From assembly GCF_009834535.1 (NCBI RefSeq), contig NC_045697.1, positions 48,610,001 to 48,674,000 on the forward strand: a stretch of DNA of 64,000 bases, in the 5' to 3' direction. How positions within the stretch are numbered: the first letter of the stretch is position 1; every line of letters starts with the position of its first letter. The notes beneath the pieces were generated by a model. The model was not told where the DNA came from. It made no database searches and saw only the letters and a program-made list of their open reading frames with translations. Positions 27,313-39,225 of this stretch are shown in pieces. The DNA comes from Camelus ferus (Eukaryota). The position numbers and the translations under genes were made by a program.

Positions 27313-27562
27313 GTTAGTAGGAATATAGGCCAGGCCCTGGAAAGCATAAATTACTTTTTCTTCTTAAAATGTAAACATTCTCTTGCTCAGCTCTTAAAAT
27401 ATGCTCTTGGTCTCTAGCTTCATAACTCTCTCCTCATCAGATTTATTCTCCACTGCTATCAGCATCTTAAAATAATGAGTTGACATTTATTGAGCAGTTT
27501 CCACATGACAGGTCCTAAACTAAGTACTCTATATGCGTTATCTCTTCATCTTTATACCAATC

Positions 27563-28175
27563 TGTGAGATAATAGAAACTATATATATATTGGCTCTGTC
27601 CCTGGATCCTGGCAGGGAACTCCTAAAACTACAGACATTTCCTAAGTGACAAGAGGACTAGGAGCATCTTTTGTTCTGACCTTTGGTCTTTGACCCTGTT
27701 TCTAAGTCCCTTGGAATTTCCTGGGAGATAGCAGTGTCTTTTGTCCTAATGAGGTGACTCTGGGTGGGTTCTTGGGTGGGGGCTGGTCACTGGAAAGACC
27801 AAGCCTGATTAGAAGCTTAGAATTTTTAGCCCCACTCTCCATTCTCCAGAGAAGGGAGAGGGTCTGGCAATAGGTTGATGACTGATCATGCCTACATGAT
27901 GAAGCCTCCATAAAAATCCCAAAAGGACGGGGTTCATTCGGATACCTTCCAGGTTGGTGAACACATTGTGGTGCTGGGGGAGGGGCACACCCACAGAGAG
28001 CATGGAAGCTCCAGCACACCTTGCCCTACGCATCTCTTCCATCTGGATGTTCATCTGTATCCCTTATCATTTCTTTTTATAATATACTGGTCAACAGGAG
28101 GTGAACTGTTTCCCTGAGTTCCCTGAGCTGCTCTAGCAAATAAATTAATCCTGAGGAGGGGGTCGTGGGAACCTC
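27563..28175 (+). mobile_element. MER21-like ERV LTR, truncated by the assembly gap
   Basis: TG start; GGGGCTGGTCACTGGAAAGACCAAG, GATCATGCCTACATGATGAAGCCTCCATAAAAATCCC, GAGGAGGGGGTCGTGGGAACC; runs into the Ns. Confidence 0.75.
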
Positions 28176-28275
28176 NNNNNNNNNNNNNNNNNNNNNNNNN
28201 NNNNNNNNNNNNNNNNNNNNNNNNNNNNNNNNNNNNNNNNNNNNNNNNNNNNNNNNNNNNNNNNNNNNNNNNNNN
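28176..28275. other. Assembly gap (100 N)
   Basis: Exactly 100 Ns, the usual placeholder for a gap of unknown size. Confidence 0.99.
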
Positions 28276-28346
28276 CTTTCTTTCTTTCTTTCTTCTTTCT
28301 TTCTTTCTTCTTCTTTCTCTTCTTCTCTCTTTCTTTCTTTCTTTTC
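28276..28346. repeat. (CTTT)n/(CTT)n pyrimidine microsatellite abutting the gap
   Basis: Directly visible. Confidence 0.9.
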
Positions 28347-28370
28347 ATCATTACTGTTGTTCCACTCATT

Positions 28371-28755
28371 TGCAGTGGGCTGAATAGTGTCACCCAAAAA
28401 TTAAAATCATGGAACCTGGGGATGTGACCTTATTTGGAATTAGAGTCTTTGCAGATGTAATTAAGATCAGGCTTGAAATGAGATCCTGTTGGCTTAGCGT
28501 GGGCCCTAAATCCAAGGAGAGTATCCTTATAAAAGACAGGGAAAGACACAGTAACACAGGGAAGGAGTCCATGTGAAGATGGAGGCAGAGATTGGGTTTA
28601 ACTGCCACAGCTGAGGAGCCACCAGGACCAGAAAGGGGCAAGGAAGGATTCTCTTTCAGACTTCTAGACTCCAGACTGTGAGAGAGTAAATTTCTGTTGT
28701 GTTAAGCCTCCCAGTTTGTGCTAATTTGTCCTAGCAGCCCTAGGAAACTAATACA
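28371..28755 (+). mobile_element. MaLR solo LTR (MLT1-type)
   Basis: TG..GGGCTGAATAGTGTC...GATGTGACCTTATTTGGAA...CTTTGCAGATGTAATTAAG...GCAGCCCTAGGAAACTAATACA; near-perfect 5-bp TSD TCATT/TCATC. Confidence 0.88.
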
Positions 28756-28776
28756 TCATCTTTTATATATATATAA

Positions 28777-28892
28777 TTTTGGGGGGTGGATAATTAGGTT
28801 TATTTATCTATTTATTATTATTTTTTTAATGGAGGTACTGGGGATTGAACCTAGGACCTTGGGCATGCTAAGCACATGCTCTACCACCCCCT
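28777..28892 (-). mobile_element. Vic-1-like SINE
   Basis: TAATTAGGTTTATTT...AATGGAGGTACTGGGGATTGAACCTAGGACC...GCATGCTAAGCACATGCTCTACCAC. Confidence 0.88.
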
Positions 28893-31869
28893 CTCCTGGT
28901 TTGTCTTTTAATCCTTCTTTGAGTCTGCTCAGCTCCTAACTCAATGATATACATATATTAAGTTTTTAATACATAGTTGTTGAATGTATGGTTTTCCCAA
29001 TTCTTTCTTCTCATTTAATGAATCCATTCAGTAAGTATTTATTAAGTGCCTACAGTGTGTCAGGTGTTTTTTCTTACCTTTGGGATAAATCTGTGAACCA
29101 AAAAGACAAAATTCTGTCCTTATGAAGCTTATTTTCTATAACTCTATCTTCCAGATCCCTTATTTGTTCTTCTGCATTATTTAGTCTGCTGTTTATTGCC
29201 TTTAGCTCAGCTTTCATCTCAGCAATTGAGTTTTCTTATTTTAACTGGCTCCTCTTTATAGTTTCTGAAACTTACATTCTAGTGAGAACGTAAGTTGTTG
29301 GATTGAAATTCGCATGCCCTGGCCTCATGTTTTAGACCAGTTTCTGCAGCTTTCCCTGTCCCTTTATTGTCCAGAGCCCAGTTTCCAGTGCTGGGACTCT
29401 CTGGCATCCTTTCAGATCTCTCTCTTGCTTGCCAAGGCCAGAGGAGGGGGTGAAGTGATTTGAGGGGCATCTCCGTTCTTTTAGAATAGTTTTCTCTCGT
29501 AAGCCATCCTTGTGTCCTGAATTTCCCTCTGCCCATTGAAACGTGTTTGTAAGCTGTGTTGGAACAGACTTCTGGAGATTTGATTTGTAAGTCTGGATGC
29601 AGGCCGAGAGAACAAGAAGGCACGTGCAAATCTGAGCACAGTGTTAGCCAGGACCCGATGCTTTGCTCCAGTCCTAGACAGGTGGCTGGTGCCACTTTTG
29701 CCAGGATCTGTGGCTCATCAGCTGTCCTCCATTGCTGCCAAAATAAAGAATTCTTGCTCTTCTAAGTGGGTACAGATGCCAGGCACCAGGACCACATGTA
29801 TGGGATAAATAGGGTGTATTTTTTGATAGGGGAAATATGTAGAACAAAGAATAGTATTTTTCTCTAGTCTTATTTTGATTTCAGCCCCAAGTAAATCTGA
29901 TTGATATGAGAACCAGTCTCTCTGTAGCTAATTTGAGGGATGGGGGTTGGTGGTCACCGAGAGAGAATACCAATGTGTCAGTCAACCTGTCCAACAGGAA
30001 AATGCAGGTTTAAAGATTAATACTTAGTTATTTGAGAGTGTGGTGAAATAGCACGCATAAACTTACTGGGAGGAAGTAAGGTAATTAACACAAACTTTCT
30101 AATATGCATTTTGGCAACAGGTTTCAAAAGCCTTAAAAAGTTCCTCCTCTTTAATTAAGTAATTTTATTTTCAGGAATTTATCCCGAGGAAATTATCTTA
30201 TTTGCATAAAGTCTTATTCAGCAAGATATTTGCAGTGTTTTTTTTATAATAATGAAAAACAACACGAATGTTCAACAACAGAATTGGTTAAATTAACAAT
30301 GCTACATCTATGTGTTAGAATATAAGGTAGCCATTAAAATTATATTCAAAGATCGAAAAATGTTAGTAATTTTAAAGTTAAGTGAGGGTCACATGTACAT
30401 GGAGGTTAACTATGGTATTCTGTATGCCTTGGGGTATGATTGAAATTTGCAACAATAATTAAAAACTCTTGTTCTCAAAGAATGTTTACATCTAACGGAA
30501 AACACTTGTAAGGTATTATTAAGTGGAAAGTAAATTATTAAGCAATATGTATTGATGTATGATAGGATTCCATGGGATTCTAGTTTTGTAAAACAAACCT
30601 TTCTGTTCATTTTTTTTTATACTGAAAATGCATATATAATGTTAACAGTGGCTGTCTCTGGGTGGTGCAAATATAGGAACTTTAGATGTTTCCTCTTATA
30701 TTTATTTATATCTTCCAACATCCATTTAATAAGCCAGCAATACTTTTGGTCAGTAAGATGAACTATTAATGGAGATAACTAGAAAGTTCATGTATACAGT
30801 TCAAAAGTCTATTGGTAGTTTGTTTAAATTCAACATAGGAAATCAATCAACTTCAAAGGAAAAGAAAATCTGATGAAACATAGTCCCCTTTGCCACGACC
30901 CTCCTGGCCCCGACATGATTTCCTTCCCCACATCATTCTGAAAGAGCATTAACAGTATGAGCTCATGGTGTGTTGGGAGAGGGATGTAAAAGTGGCTGTT
31001 GGAAACAGGAGGGCTTCCTAGGTCAGCTGGCAGATGGGAGGAAATGCAGCTTATCTTCCACAGTTTCCAATCAATTAGGAAGAGAGCTTCTCATCCCAGT
31101 TCTGAAACCCTGGAAATGTCTTGCCCATCCAATGTCCTTCTTCCTGTGGGTCCATGCCTTGCACGGTCGTAGGTCACGGCTGTGCAGGGGGCCCGCCAGC
31201 CTGCCGCCATCCGTCATGCTGAAAGTCCTGGCGCGAGGCGTGGGCGCTCAGCCGGCAAGGCGGGCAGCCAGTGACACTCCGGTGGCCGAGGCTGGCTTCT
31301 CCTGCTGCCTGGGGGAGCCAGCGGTGGTCTCCTCACATCCTGCTCCGAAGCCTGTTGTCCTCTTTGCTTTGTTGGGACTCAGTCCCCACCAAGTATCAGC
31401 CAGGCGGCCGTACCACAGGCAGAGAAGTGAGCCAAGAACATGAACCCAAGCTGAATTTGAACATCTGTTTCCTATGTAACACCCTTCAGAAAGCATGGCA
31501 TTGTTTGCTTTCCAAATCACTTCCCAGCAATCCAAGAGGGAAAAAAAAAAGCCATTAGTGCTTGAGGTGAGGCAAGGTCTTCTCCAAGAGGACAATAGAC
31601 CTTCTCTTTAAATCTTGGGGTTCTGAGGGGTCCCCAAATTGTCAGCATTTAAAGATCATGCAGACGGGTGTCCTGGAGGAGTCTGATGTTGTTCTTCATA
31701 AGAAACCTGAATTCTCCAAGGAGGGGAGAGAAAAGGGCATGCATTTAAATCCTCAGAATTAGGGCAGGAATTGATTAACTCCATGGGGCAGAGCAAAGCA
31801 GTTGATCTAGAGTCTAGACCTTCTGGTGAACCTCCCACAGCCAGAGATTCCACAACCTTAATGACCAGG

Positions 31870-32090
31870 GCGTGGACGTGGGGTTACACTGGCCCTGGAA
31901 TTTATGAGCCATGTGACCTTGGTCAAGTAATGTAACTTCTTGGAATTTTCAATGGTCAAACAGAAATAATAATGCTACCTTTACGGGGATACCGTGTGAA
32001 ACAATGACCTAGCACTTACAAAGCACTTGGATAGTGCCTGGTGTTAGTAGACGCTTAATAGTATTAGCTACTTTTATTATTATCATTATT
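31870..32090 (+). mobile_element. MIR relic
   Basis: TGTGACCTTGGTCAAGT...GTGCCTGGTGTTAGTAGACGCTTAATAGTATTAGCTAC. Confidence 0.7.
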
Positions 32091-32181
32091 AGGCTCACAT
32101 CATCAGCAGTCAGTCCTCATGAAACATATCCTGTTTTGGCACATTGGGTTTTACACAATACTATACAAATAGTCTGTGATA

Positions 32182-32518
32182 TAGTCAGCCCTCCATGGAA
32201 CCCATAGATTTAACCAATGACAGATCAAAAATACTTGAAAAAAAATTCCAGAAAGTTCCAAAAAACAAAACTTAAATTTACGTTGAGTTGCCAAGTATTT
32301 ACATAGCATCAACATTGTACTGAAAACTATTTACACAACATTTACACTGTATCAAGTGTTATAAATAATCTAGGGATTTAAAGCTTACAGGAGGATGTGT
32401 GTAGGTTATATGCAAATACCACACTGTCTTATATAAGAGACTTAAGCATGTGTGGATTTTGGTATTGGGTGGGGGTAGGTCCTGGAACCAATTTTCCATG
32501 GATATCAAGGGATAACTG
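32182..32518. mobile_element. MER2-like TcMar-Tigger MITE
   Basis: Degenerate TIRs (AGTCAGCCCTCCATGGA ... TCCATGGATATCAAGGGATAACTG) and internal GTAGGTTATATGCAAATAC. Confidence 0.8.
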
Positions 32519-33735
32519 TGTATAATGTTATAGAAATACTCAGAAGTACTCTATAATATTCAGAATATAAAGATGGCACATTGGGTTTTATACAGAATAC
32601 AGAAAACATAATTTCTGCCTTTGAAGACTTTATATCCCAAGAGATTTAAGATGATCCAACCTAAAGGGTAAACTTCACTCGTTTATAATGGTGGGAGCAG
32701 ATTAGGAGGGGAAAGCTTTATGAAGAAAGTTGGAGAGTAGGGCCTCAGTACCTGCAATGATCATTCTAGACTACTTTCCAGGTCCATCCATTCACTCACT
32801 TAAATCTTCTATTCCTTGATTTACTCATCAGATGTATTAACCAGTATTTGCTAAGGACCTTTCTGTGTACCAGCCATTAACTTGTACTACGAAAGGCCCA
32901 GGGTATTGTAGTCGTTGTGTGGAGTGGGAATTGTAGCCTGGTGGTGAGATCTGAATAAGACACTTTGGTCAGCTTTGAGGTTCTCGATGGTAGACACTAG
33001 TAGCCCCCATAGAGGTTTTGAGGAAGGTAAAGATGGGCTACTTCCCCATACTTCACTACCAGGTTATAATGAAAGCCAGGGTCAGACCAAATCCTGCCCC
33101 ATATACAGACATTATTAGATAAGTATTCAGTAGTCTGCAGGCACAACATAGTTCATACAATTGTTTTGGGAGTTTAAGTCCCAGATCACAGTGATTTGAG
33201 GGGCTTCCACCAGACTCCACATGAAAGGTTTCTTCCAGGAAGGGTTCTGTGGTTTCTAGTGGGCATCAGACAATCAGAAATCTTATAAATCAATGGCTTG
33301 TCATGGGAACTGTTTAGCAAGCAATCCTCAGGCACTATCACTAAAGATTCGGGCTCAGGCCTGGCTGGATTTTTAGACCTTGTTCATGTAAGGGTAGGGA
33401 TTACCTTTACAATATTGTCAAGCCACTTCACCTACCTTGAATTCCTTTAATTCACCCCTGAAAGCCTATTTCTAACAGTAATGTGCATTTAAACATCACT
33501 CGCTTACCAATAAAAGCCCACCTCTGACACTGAGTATACTTGTTGTAAACCTATTGGTTATTGGTTGCGGTGTGATAATGCAAAAGCACGCAAAGGTTCC
33601 AGAGCAGGGCACTTTCTGATGAGATGCTAGCTGCCTGTTTCTTCACTGCACTTTCTTGATTAGTCCCAGGGTATTAACTAAGAAACACAGATGTAACATC
33701 AAATGGTAAACACTGAAATGTTTTAAAATAAATTA

Positions 33736-34467
33736 CATGGTGCATCCATTATGGAAAACAGTAACGGAGAGTCCTTAAAAAACTAAAAATAGGCTTACCC
33801 TATGATCCAGCAATCCCACTACTGGTCATATATCTGGAGGGAACTCTAATTTGAAAATATAAATGCATCCCAATGTTCATAGCAGCACCTATTTACAATA
33901 GCCAAGACATGGAAGCAACCTAAATATCCATTGACTGATGATTGGATAAAGAAAATGTTTTATATACATACACACACACACATACATACACACACAAATG
34001 GAACACTACTCAGCCATAAAAAAGAATAACATTATGCTATTTGCTGCAACATGGATGGACCTGGAGATTTTCACACTAAGTGAAATAAGCTAGAAAGAGA
34101 AAGAAAAATACCATATGATATCACATATGTGGAATCTAAAAAAAATTACACAAATGAACTTATTTACAAAGCAGAAACAGACTCACAGACATAGAAAATA
34201 AACTTACGGTTACCAGTGGGGAAAGAGGGGCTAGAGGGATAAATTGAGAGTTTGGGATTAGCAGATACTATAACTACTATATATAAAATAGGTAAACAAC
34301 AAGGCCCTACTATACAGCACAGGGAACTATATTCAATAACTTGTAATAGCCTATAATGAAAAAATATGAAAATGAATATATATATATATAAAAAACTGAA
34401 TCACTATGCTATACACCAGAAATTAACACAACATTGTAAACCAACTATATGTCAACAAAAAATAAAA
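33736..34467 (+). mobile_element. 5'-truncated L1 (ORF2 end and 3' UTR)
   Basis: TATGATCCAGCAATCCCACT, GCAACATGGATGGACCTGGAG, GAACTTATTTACAAAGCAGAAACAGAC, A tail; TSD TAAAATAAATTA at 33724-33735 and 34468-34479. Confidence 0.9.
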
Positions 34468-35164
34468 TAAAATAAATTAACAGACACTAAAACACCTATG
34501 TCCAAAGAGAACTCACAGGATGAAGTCAGCATCATCTGGGATCTGACCATCAGTTTCCTGGGCCAGAAATTTAATTCTGTCCTCACAGCACAAGAGGAAA
34601 GCTCAGATTAGCCAAGTTTAGGGAGTTTGGTATATAAAACCAAAAAGTCAATTTATTTGTTTAGAGTGAGATCTCAACCCATTGTGCACCTTTGATATTG
34701 ATGGAATAAACAGGTTTTCTCCCTGGATACTGTTTTAAGGGGGCGTTATCATCACAAAGTTGTTGGCTGAACATTGAAATTTGAACTTGAAGCTGTGGTT
34801 GGCTGATCCACCCCAGGTAAAAATCTGCTAGAAGAACTTGAGTCTGTAAGCCAGGGTTCCTTTTCTCCTTATCTGAGCTTAAAAGGGCAAAGCTGATTTC
34901 TGACTTTTAGTCTTCATGCTCCAGGCTGCCTGCCTTTCTTCTGTTCACACAATAGACCACAATTTGGGCTACTATATAATTCATTATGTTTCTGCCTCTT
35001 CCTAAATTACCATGATATTCTAGTCCCAACTCCCTAGAAATAGGCACCTTTCCTTGATTGAAGTTGGGAGTAGAATCAAATTCTTCCATCACCTTTTGGT
35101 GTAAGACATCTAATCACATTCACTTTGTGCATGGATTATACTGATTGAAATTTCAAAGGGTGCA

Positions 35165-35655
35165 TTAGGCAGTGTTCTTTTAATTATAAGGAAGGGAAAA
35201 CCCAACTCAGAGTTTGTTGGTTTATATAATTTCAAAGTTTCTGGCACATCTGGATCCAAGGGTTCAAACAATGTCATCAGCCTAGTTCTTTGGATCCGCC
35301 CTACGCCATATTGGCTTCACCTTCAAGTAGGTTCTTGCCAGATGGTGGCCCCTAAAAACAGCTCCAGACACACATCCTCCCAGTTTTAAGTCTAGTTGGA
35401 AAAGAGCTTCTCTTTTTGTCAGTAGTTCAGCAAGAACTCCAGTTAAATCACATAGGCCTGGCTTGGGGTATGTGCCCATCACTGAACCAATTATGGTATC
35501 TGGAGATAGAATACATGGATGGTCTAGACCTTGGTGACACAACCATTCCTGAGGTCTGGTTTTTGTGCATGGATTGAGAGGGAATGTAAAATGATGCATG
35601 GTCTTACCAGAAGAAGGCAGATGAATTTCACTTAGGCAAAACCAATAGATCCACT
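35165..35655. mobile_element. Old MaLR LTR (MLT1J/L-like)
   Basis: AAAACCCAACTCA...GGATCCAAGGGTTCAAACAATGTCATCAG...TGCCCATCACTGAACCAAT. Confidence 0.6.
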
Positions 35656-37039
35656 GAAGAGGCAGCCTGATTTGCCTTACCTCCAAGTTCTAGGGTGTTA
35701 CCTTCCTCTGAGCCGCGTGTGTCCAGGGAGTATGGATGATACCATGTATGGCCTCTGCCCCACACCCAGGATCTCATTCTAACAGGGAGAATAGATATGT
35801 GCGCAAATGACCATAAGGAACAAGCAAACAACGTAAGTATCATATGAATAGTACCGAGGGAGAATGGAAATAATGTACAATGAGAGGAAAGAGGAATTAT
35901 GTAGTTTGACAAGTTAGGGACGACTTCTTGGAAGAAGTGGCACTTGAGTCCTGAGGAGAGGTAGGGTTTTGACCTAGGGGCTGACGCTGCTGGGGGAGGG
36001 AACTGCATAAGCAGCACACTGTGATTGGGAAAATGAGAGAGGGTCCATCTTTCGGGGCCCAGCAGAATCTCTCCAGCTTGTGTGGGAAAGGTCTGTGTAC
36101 TGTCAGGTTGAACAGGGGGTACCTGGCAGCCCATCCAGGAGGAAGGCCCTCTGCAGAGGATAAAGGTGGGTGAGTTTCAGGAGTTGTAAATGTGTCCCAT
36201 AGCTTCTGTTTCAGTGTTTCTGAAAGTGTGGTCCAGGATGCTTTTTCAACATGCCGATTTCTGCACTGATCCCAGACCTGACAGAATCAGTCTTGGAGGG
36301 AGTAGGACCTTATGCCTTTTGTCTGAGGCTGAGCCTGAGTGGCTTTCTGGACAGCCTCCCAGCCCACATTCAGTCCTGCCTACCATTTTGACAGGGAGAC
36401 TCACTTCCAGTCACACTGTAATACTCCATAGCCTTTTCAGACGAAGATTCCTCTGCCCTGCCCTCCCTTTATGACTTGGGATGGAACCAGAGTCACAGCC
36501 TCTGGGCTAAAGGGCAGAGCTGAGCTTGATCCAGAAAGGGGGCAGGGTACAGGCCCCTCTTGACCTGAAGGAAGAAAGCAAGAGCCTTATCAGATCTACG
36601 GGGCTGGCCAAGCGATGCCTCCTGTGACTGCTCTTTGTGGGTACCTGGGCATAGACCAAGAAGAGAGGGTTTCCGATTTGGCTTGGAAACCTGCATGACG
36701 TCTGTCAGCACTTAGTCTCTAGGGGCAGGGAGCACCAACAGGCAGTTTGTGGCCTCGAACCCTTTGCAGCAGTGGGTGGGTCTACCCTTCAGGGAAATAA
36801 ACACTGCCATTTAGCTCATTTTGCCGATGGCTAACATGTTTTGCCTGCCACCCCGCCTGCACTGAGCAGCCAGGGCACTATTCTAAATCAAAGGCCCTTT
36901 TCTCTAAGGAAGAAGGCCTGGGCACACTCTCGGCCCTCTACAGCAGCTTTTCTGAGTTCCTGGTCCTCTGTCCATCTTGGGAAATGTGTCAACATTTTGG
37001 AGAAGGATAAGAGTTAGTTTTGCTGTTTATATTATTTAA

Positions 37040-37550
37040 ATTGAGTAATCGGCTCCCTTGAAACCTGCGAAAGCTCTCCCAGAAACAAAGAGATAAGCTG
37101 AAGGGCAGACAGACCCAGGTGGGCCTCTCCTCTGCTTATTAATACTATGCCTGCGGGGCCTTCCCAGCACAAGCCCCTTCCCCCATATCCTTTGTGGTAG
37201 CTCCTCTCTGAAGTGCCCAGATAATAGTGCCCAGATAATAGTATCTCATGCATATTTCCTGAGTTTTTCAGATGCTAAAAAAAACACCACCAATGGAAGC
37301 CCCCAGACTTTCTTGCACCTAGGGATTGATCACCATCAACCCATCAGAGTCGTGCACAGCGATCACATACCCTGGGCCGCGCCTCCCTCAGCTGGTCTTT
37401 AAAAATGCTCAGCTGAAACCCCTCAGGGAGTTCAGGGTTTTGGGGGCACGAGCGACTCATTCTTGCTTGGCTTAGCAAGAAATCTTTCTCTGCTCCAAAC
37501 TCCAATGTTGCGGTTATTTTGGGGCCTCACTGTGCGTCAGGCACACCTCT
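37040..37550 (+). mobile_element. ERV1-like LTR (copy A)
   Basis: Strong similarity to 46940-47478 (CCCCATATCC..GTATCTCATGCATA..GATCACATACCCTGGGCCGC..CAGCTGAAACCC..CAGGGAGTTCAGGG); TATA-like TTTAAAAA; 14-bp tandem duplication AGTGCCCAGATAAT at 37212-37239. Confidence 0.75.
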
Positions 37551-38664
37551 TGCCTAAAGCCCCAGGTACAGGCACACCCACTTGGGGTTCCGGGCTGCTC
37601 TGACTTCTGCAGTCTCCCCCCATCTCTTCTCACACCTCCACCTCCCTCTTTGGAGCTGGACTGAATAGCAGAGATGCCTGGAGGCCCCTTCCCAGAAACA
37701 GGGGCAGAAAGGAGGCACCCAGGACTACTCCCTCCCCGCAGAGCTCAAGGGAATTGCCCAGCGAGCCTGCCTTTCCAAGCTGGTCTGTGCCTCCTCTGTA
37801 CCCTGGTGTCCTCCATGGCCCCAGGCTTCATTCAGACTTCTGCTCCCAGACAGCAGTACTGGAGCCCAGGAGCTCCTGCTTCAATTAGCAGGCTCTGCTT
37901 AGCTGGGGATACCAATGGTTTTCTTCCCCTTACCTCTGCACCCTTCCTCCTCCCCATTTCATTCTGTTCTCAGTTTTCAGTCTTTTAGGAAGAGAAGGGA
38001 AATTCTAATTCTTCCTCCTAGAATGTATGACTCCTAGCCCAGTGATGACTTCTTGCTTTCGGCTTCCTGGCTCTGCTGAAGCAGACTTTGGAATTTCACG
38101 GCTCCCTGCCAGAACCCCCGGTTCTTCCCAGCATCTGTTTAAACACAGCACTTCCGGGGCAATGCCCTGCCCTTTGCCTTTCTAACCTGGCTGTCATCTG
38201 GCTTCAAATTCCAAAAGGGATTTTACTGCCTGTCAGGTCAGTAACAGTGCCCCATGGTTAGAAAAAAAGCCTTAACAGTACATTCTCTTTGGGTGTGGGG
38301 TTGCCCAAGCTTTAAAGGTTGGCACTTGGGGAAAATTTCAAGGCTTCTCTTTACAAGTTGAAAAAACCTCAGCCTGGTAGCCCATTCAATGCCCTTTCTC
38401 GTGAGGGCCAGCCTGCCTGTGAGCCCTTCCTTCACCCACGACTCCTTTTCTTCAGCTTCTACTTGTACTTTATCCAGTACCTTGGCCTCCTGGACTTTGC
38501 TTAAGGTGTTAGCTCTGTCTGAATCACCTTCCTCCACGCCATTTTCTATTTCTGCACGGCACAGTTCCGACCTATGTTCTGTGTCAATGCCCACGACTAA
38601 AACTTCCCTAGATCCCCTCCCATCCAACTTAATCTCTCCCCCCAGCCCCTGCCCTCCCATTGTG

Positions 38665-39055
38665 CTATTTTGAGATATAGCTATATTGATGGTTATATTG
38701 AGATATAATTCACATACCATCAATTCATCCATTTAAAGTATACAATTCAATGGCTTTTAGCATAGTCACAGAATTATGCGACCATCCCCACAATCAATTC
38801 TAGAATATTTTCATCACCTTACCACCACCACCACCACTCAATACTCTTTAGCCATCACTCATCAGTCCACACCACCACCCACCTTCCCAAATCTCCATCC
38901 CTAAGCAACCACTAATCTACTTTCTGTCTCTATAAAGTTGCATTTTCTGGACATTTCCTATAAGTAGAATCATATAGTAAGTGGTCTTTTGTGACTAGCT
39001 TCTTTTAATTGGGATAGTGTTTTCAAGGTTGATCCATGCTGTTACTTGTATCAAC
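38665..39055 (-). mobile_element. Old L1 (L1MB-like) 3' end
   Basis: GAGATATAATTCACATACCAT...AAGCAACCACTAATCTACTTTCTGTCTCTAT...GTGGTCTTTTGTGACT. Confidence 0.8.
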
Positions 39056-39225
39056 AATACTTCATTTAAGAGGGACATTTGAAAAACATTTTAACATCTC
39101 TGAAATAAGGCTGCATCTTCAAATCAATGGTGTGCATGGGTTAATTAGCAGCTTTTCTTTCTTAGTAATACTTAAAATAAGGATGCATCTTCCAATCAAT
39201 GGCGTCCAATTCAGTGAAATGTTAT
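39056..39225. mobile_element. MER104-like TcMar-Tc2 MITE
   Basis: CATTTTAACATCTCTGAAAT and two copies of TGCATCTT.CAATCAATGG, as in MER104. Confidence 0.6.

Noticed and set aside
28077..28397. ORFs with KE-rich and X runs
   Set aside because: Artefacts of translating through the N gap and the CTTT microsatellite.
39100..39203. Imperfect 28-bp direct repeat AAATAAGG.TGCATCTTC.AATCAATGG
   Set aside because: Internal structure of a MER104-like MITE, not a CRISPR or regulatory array.
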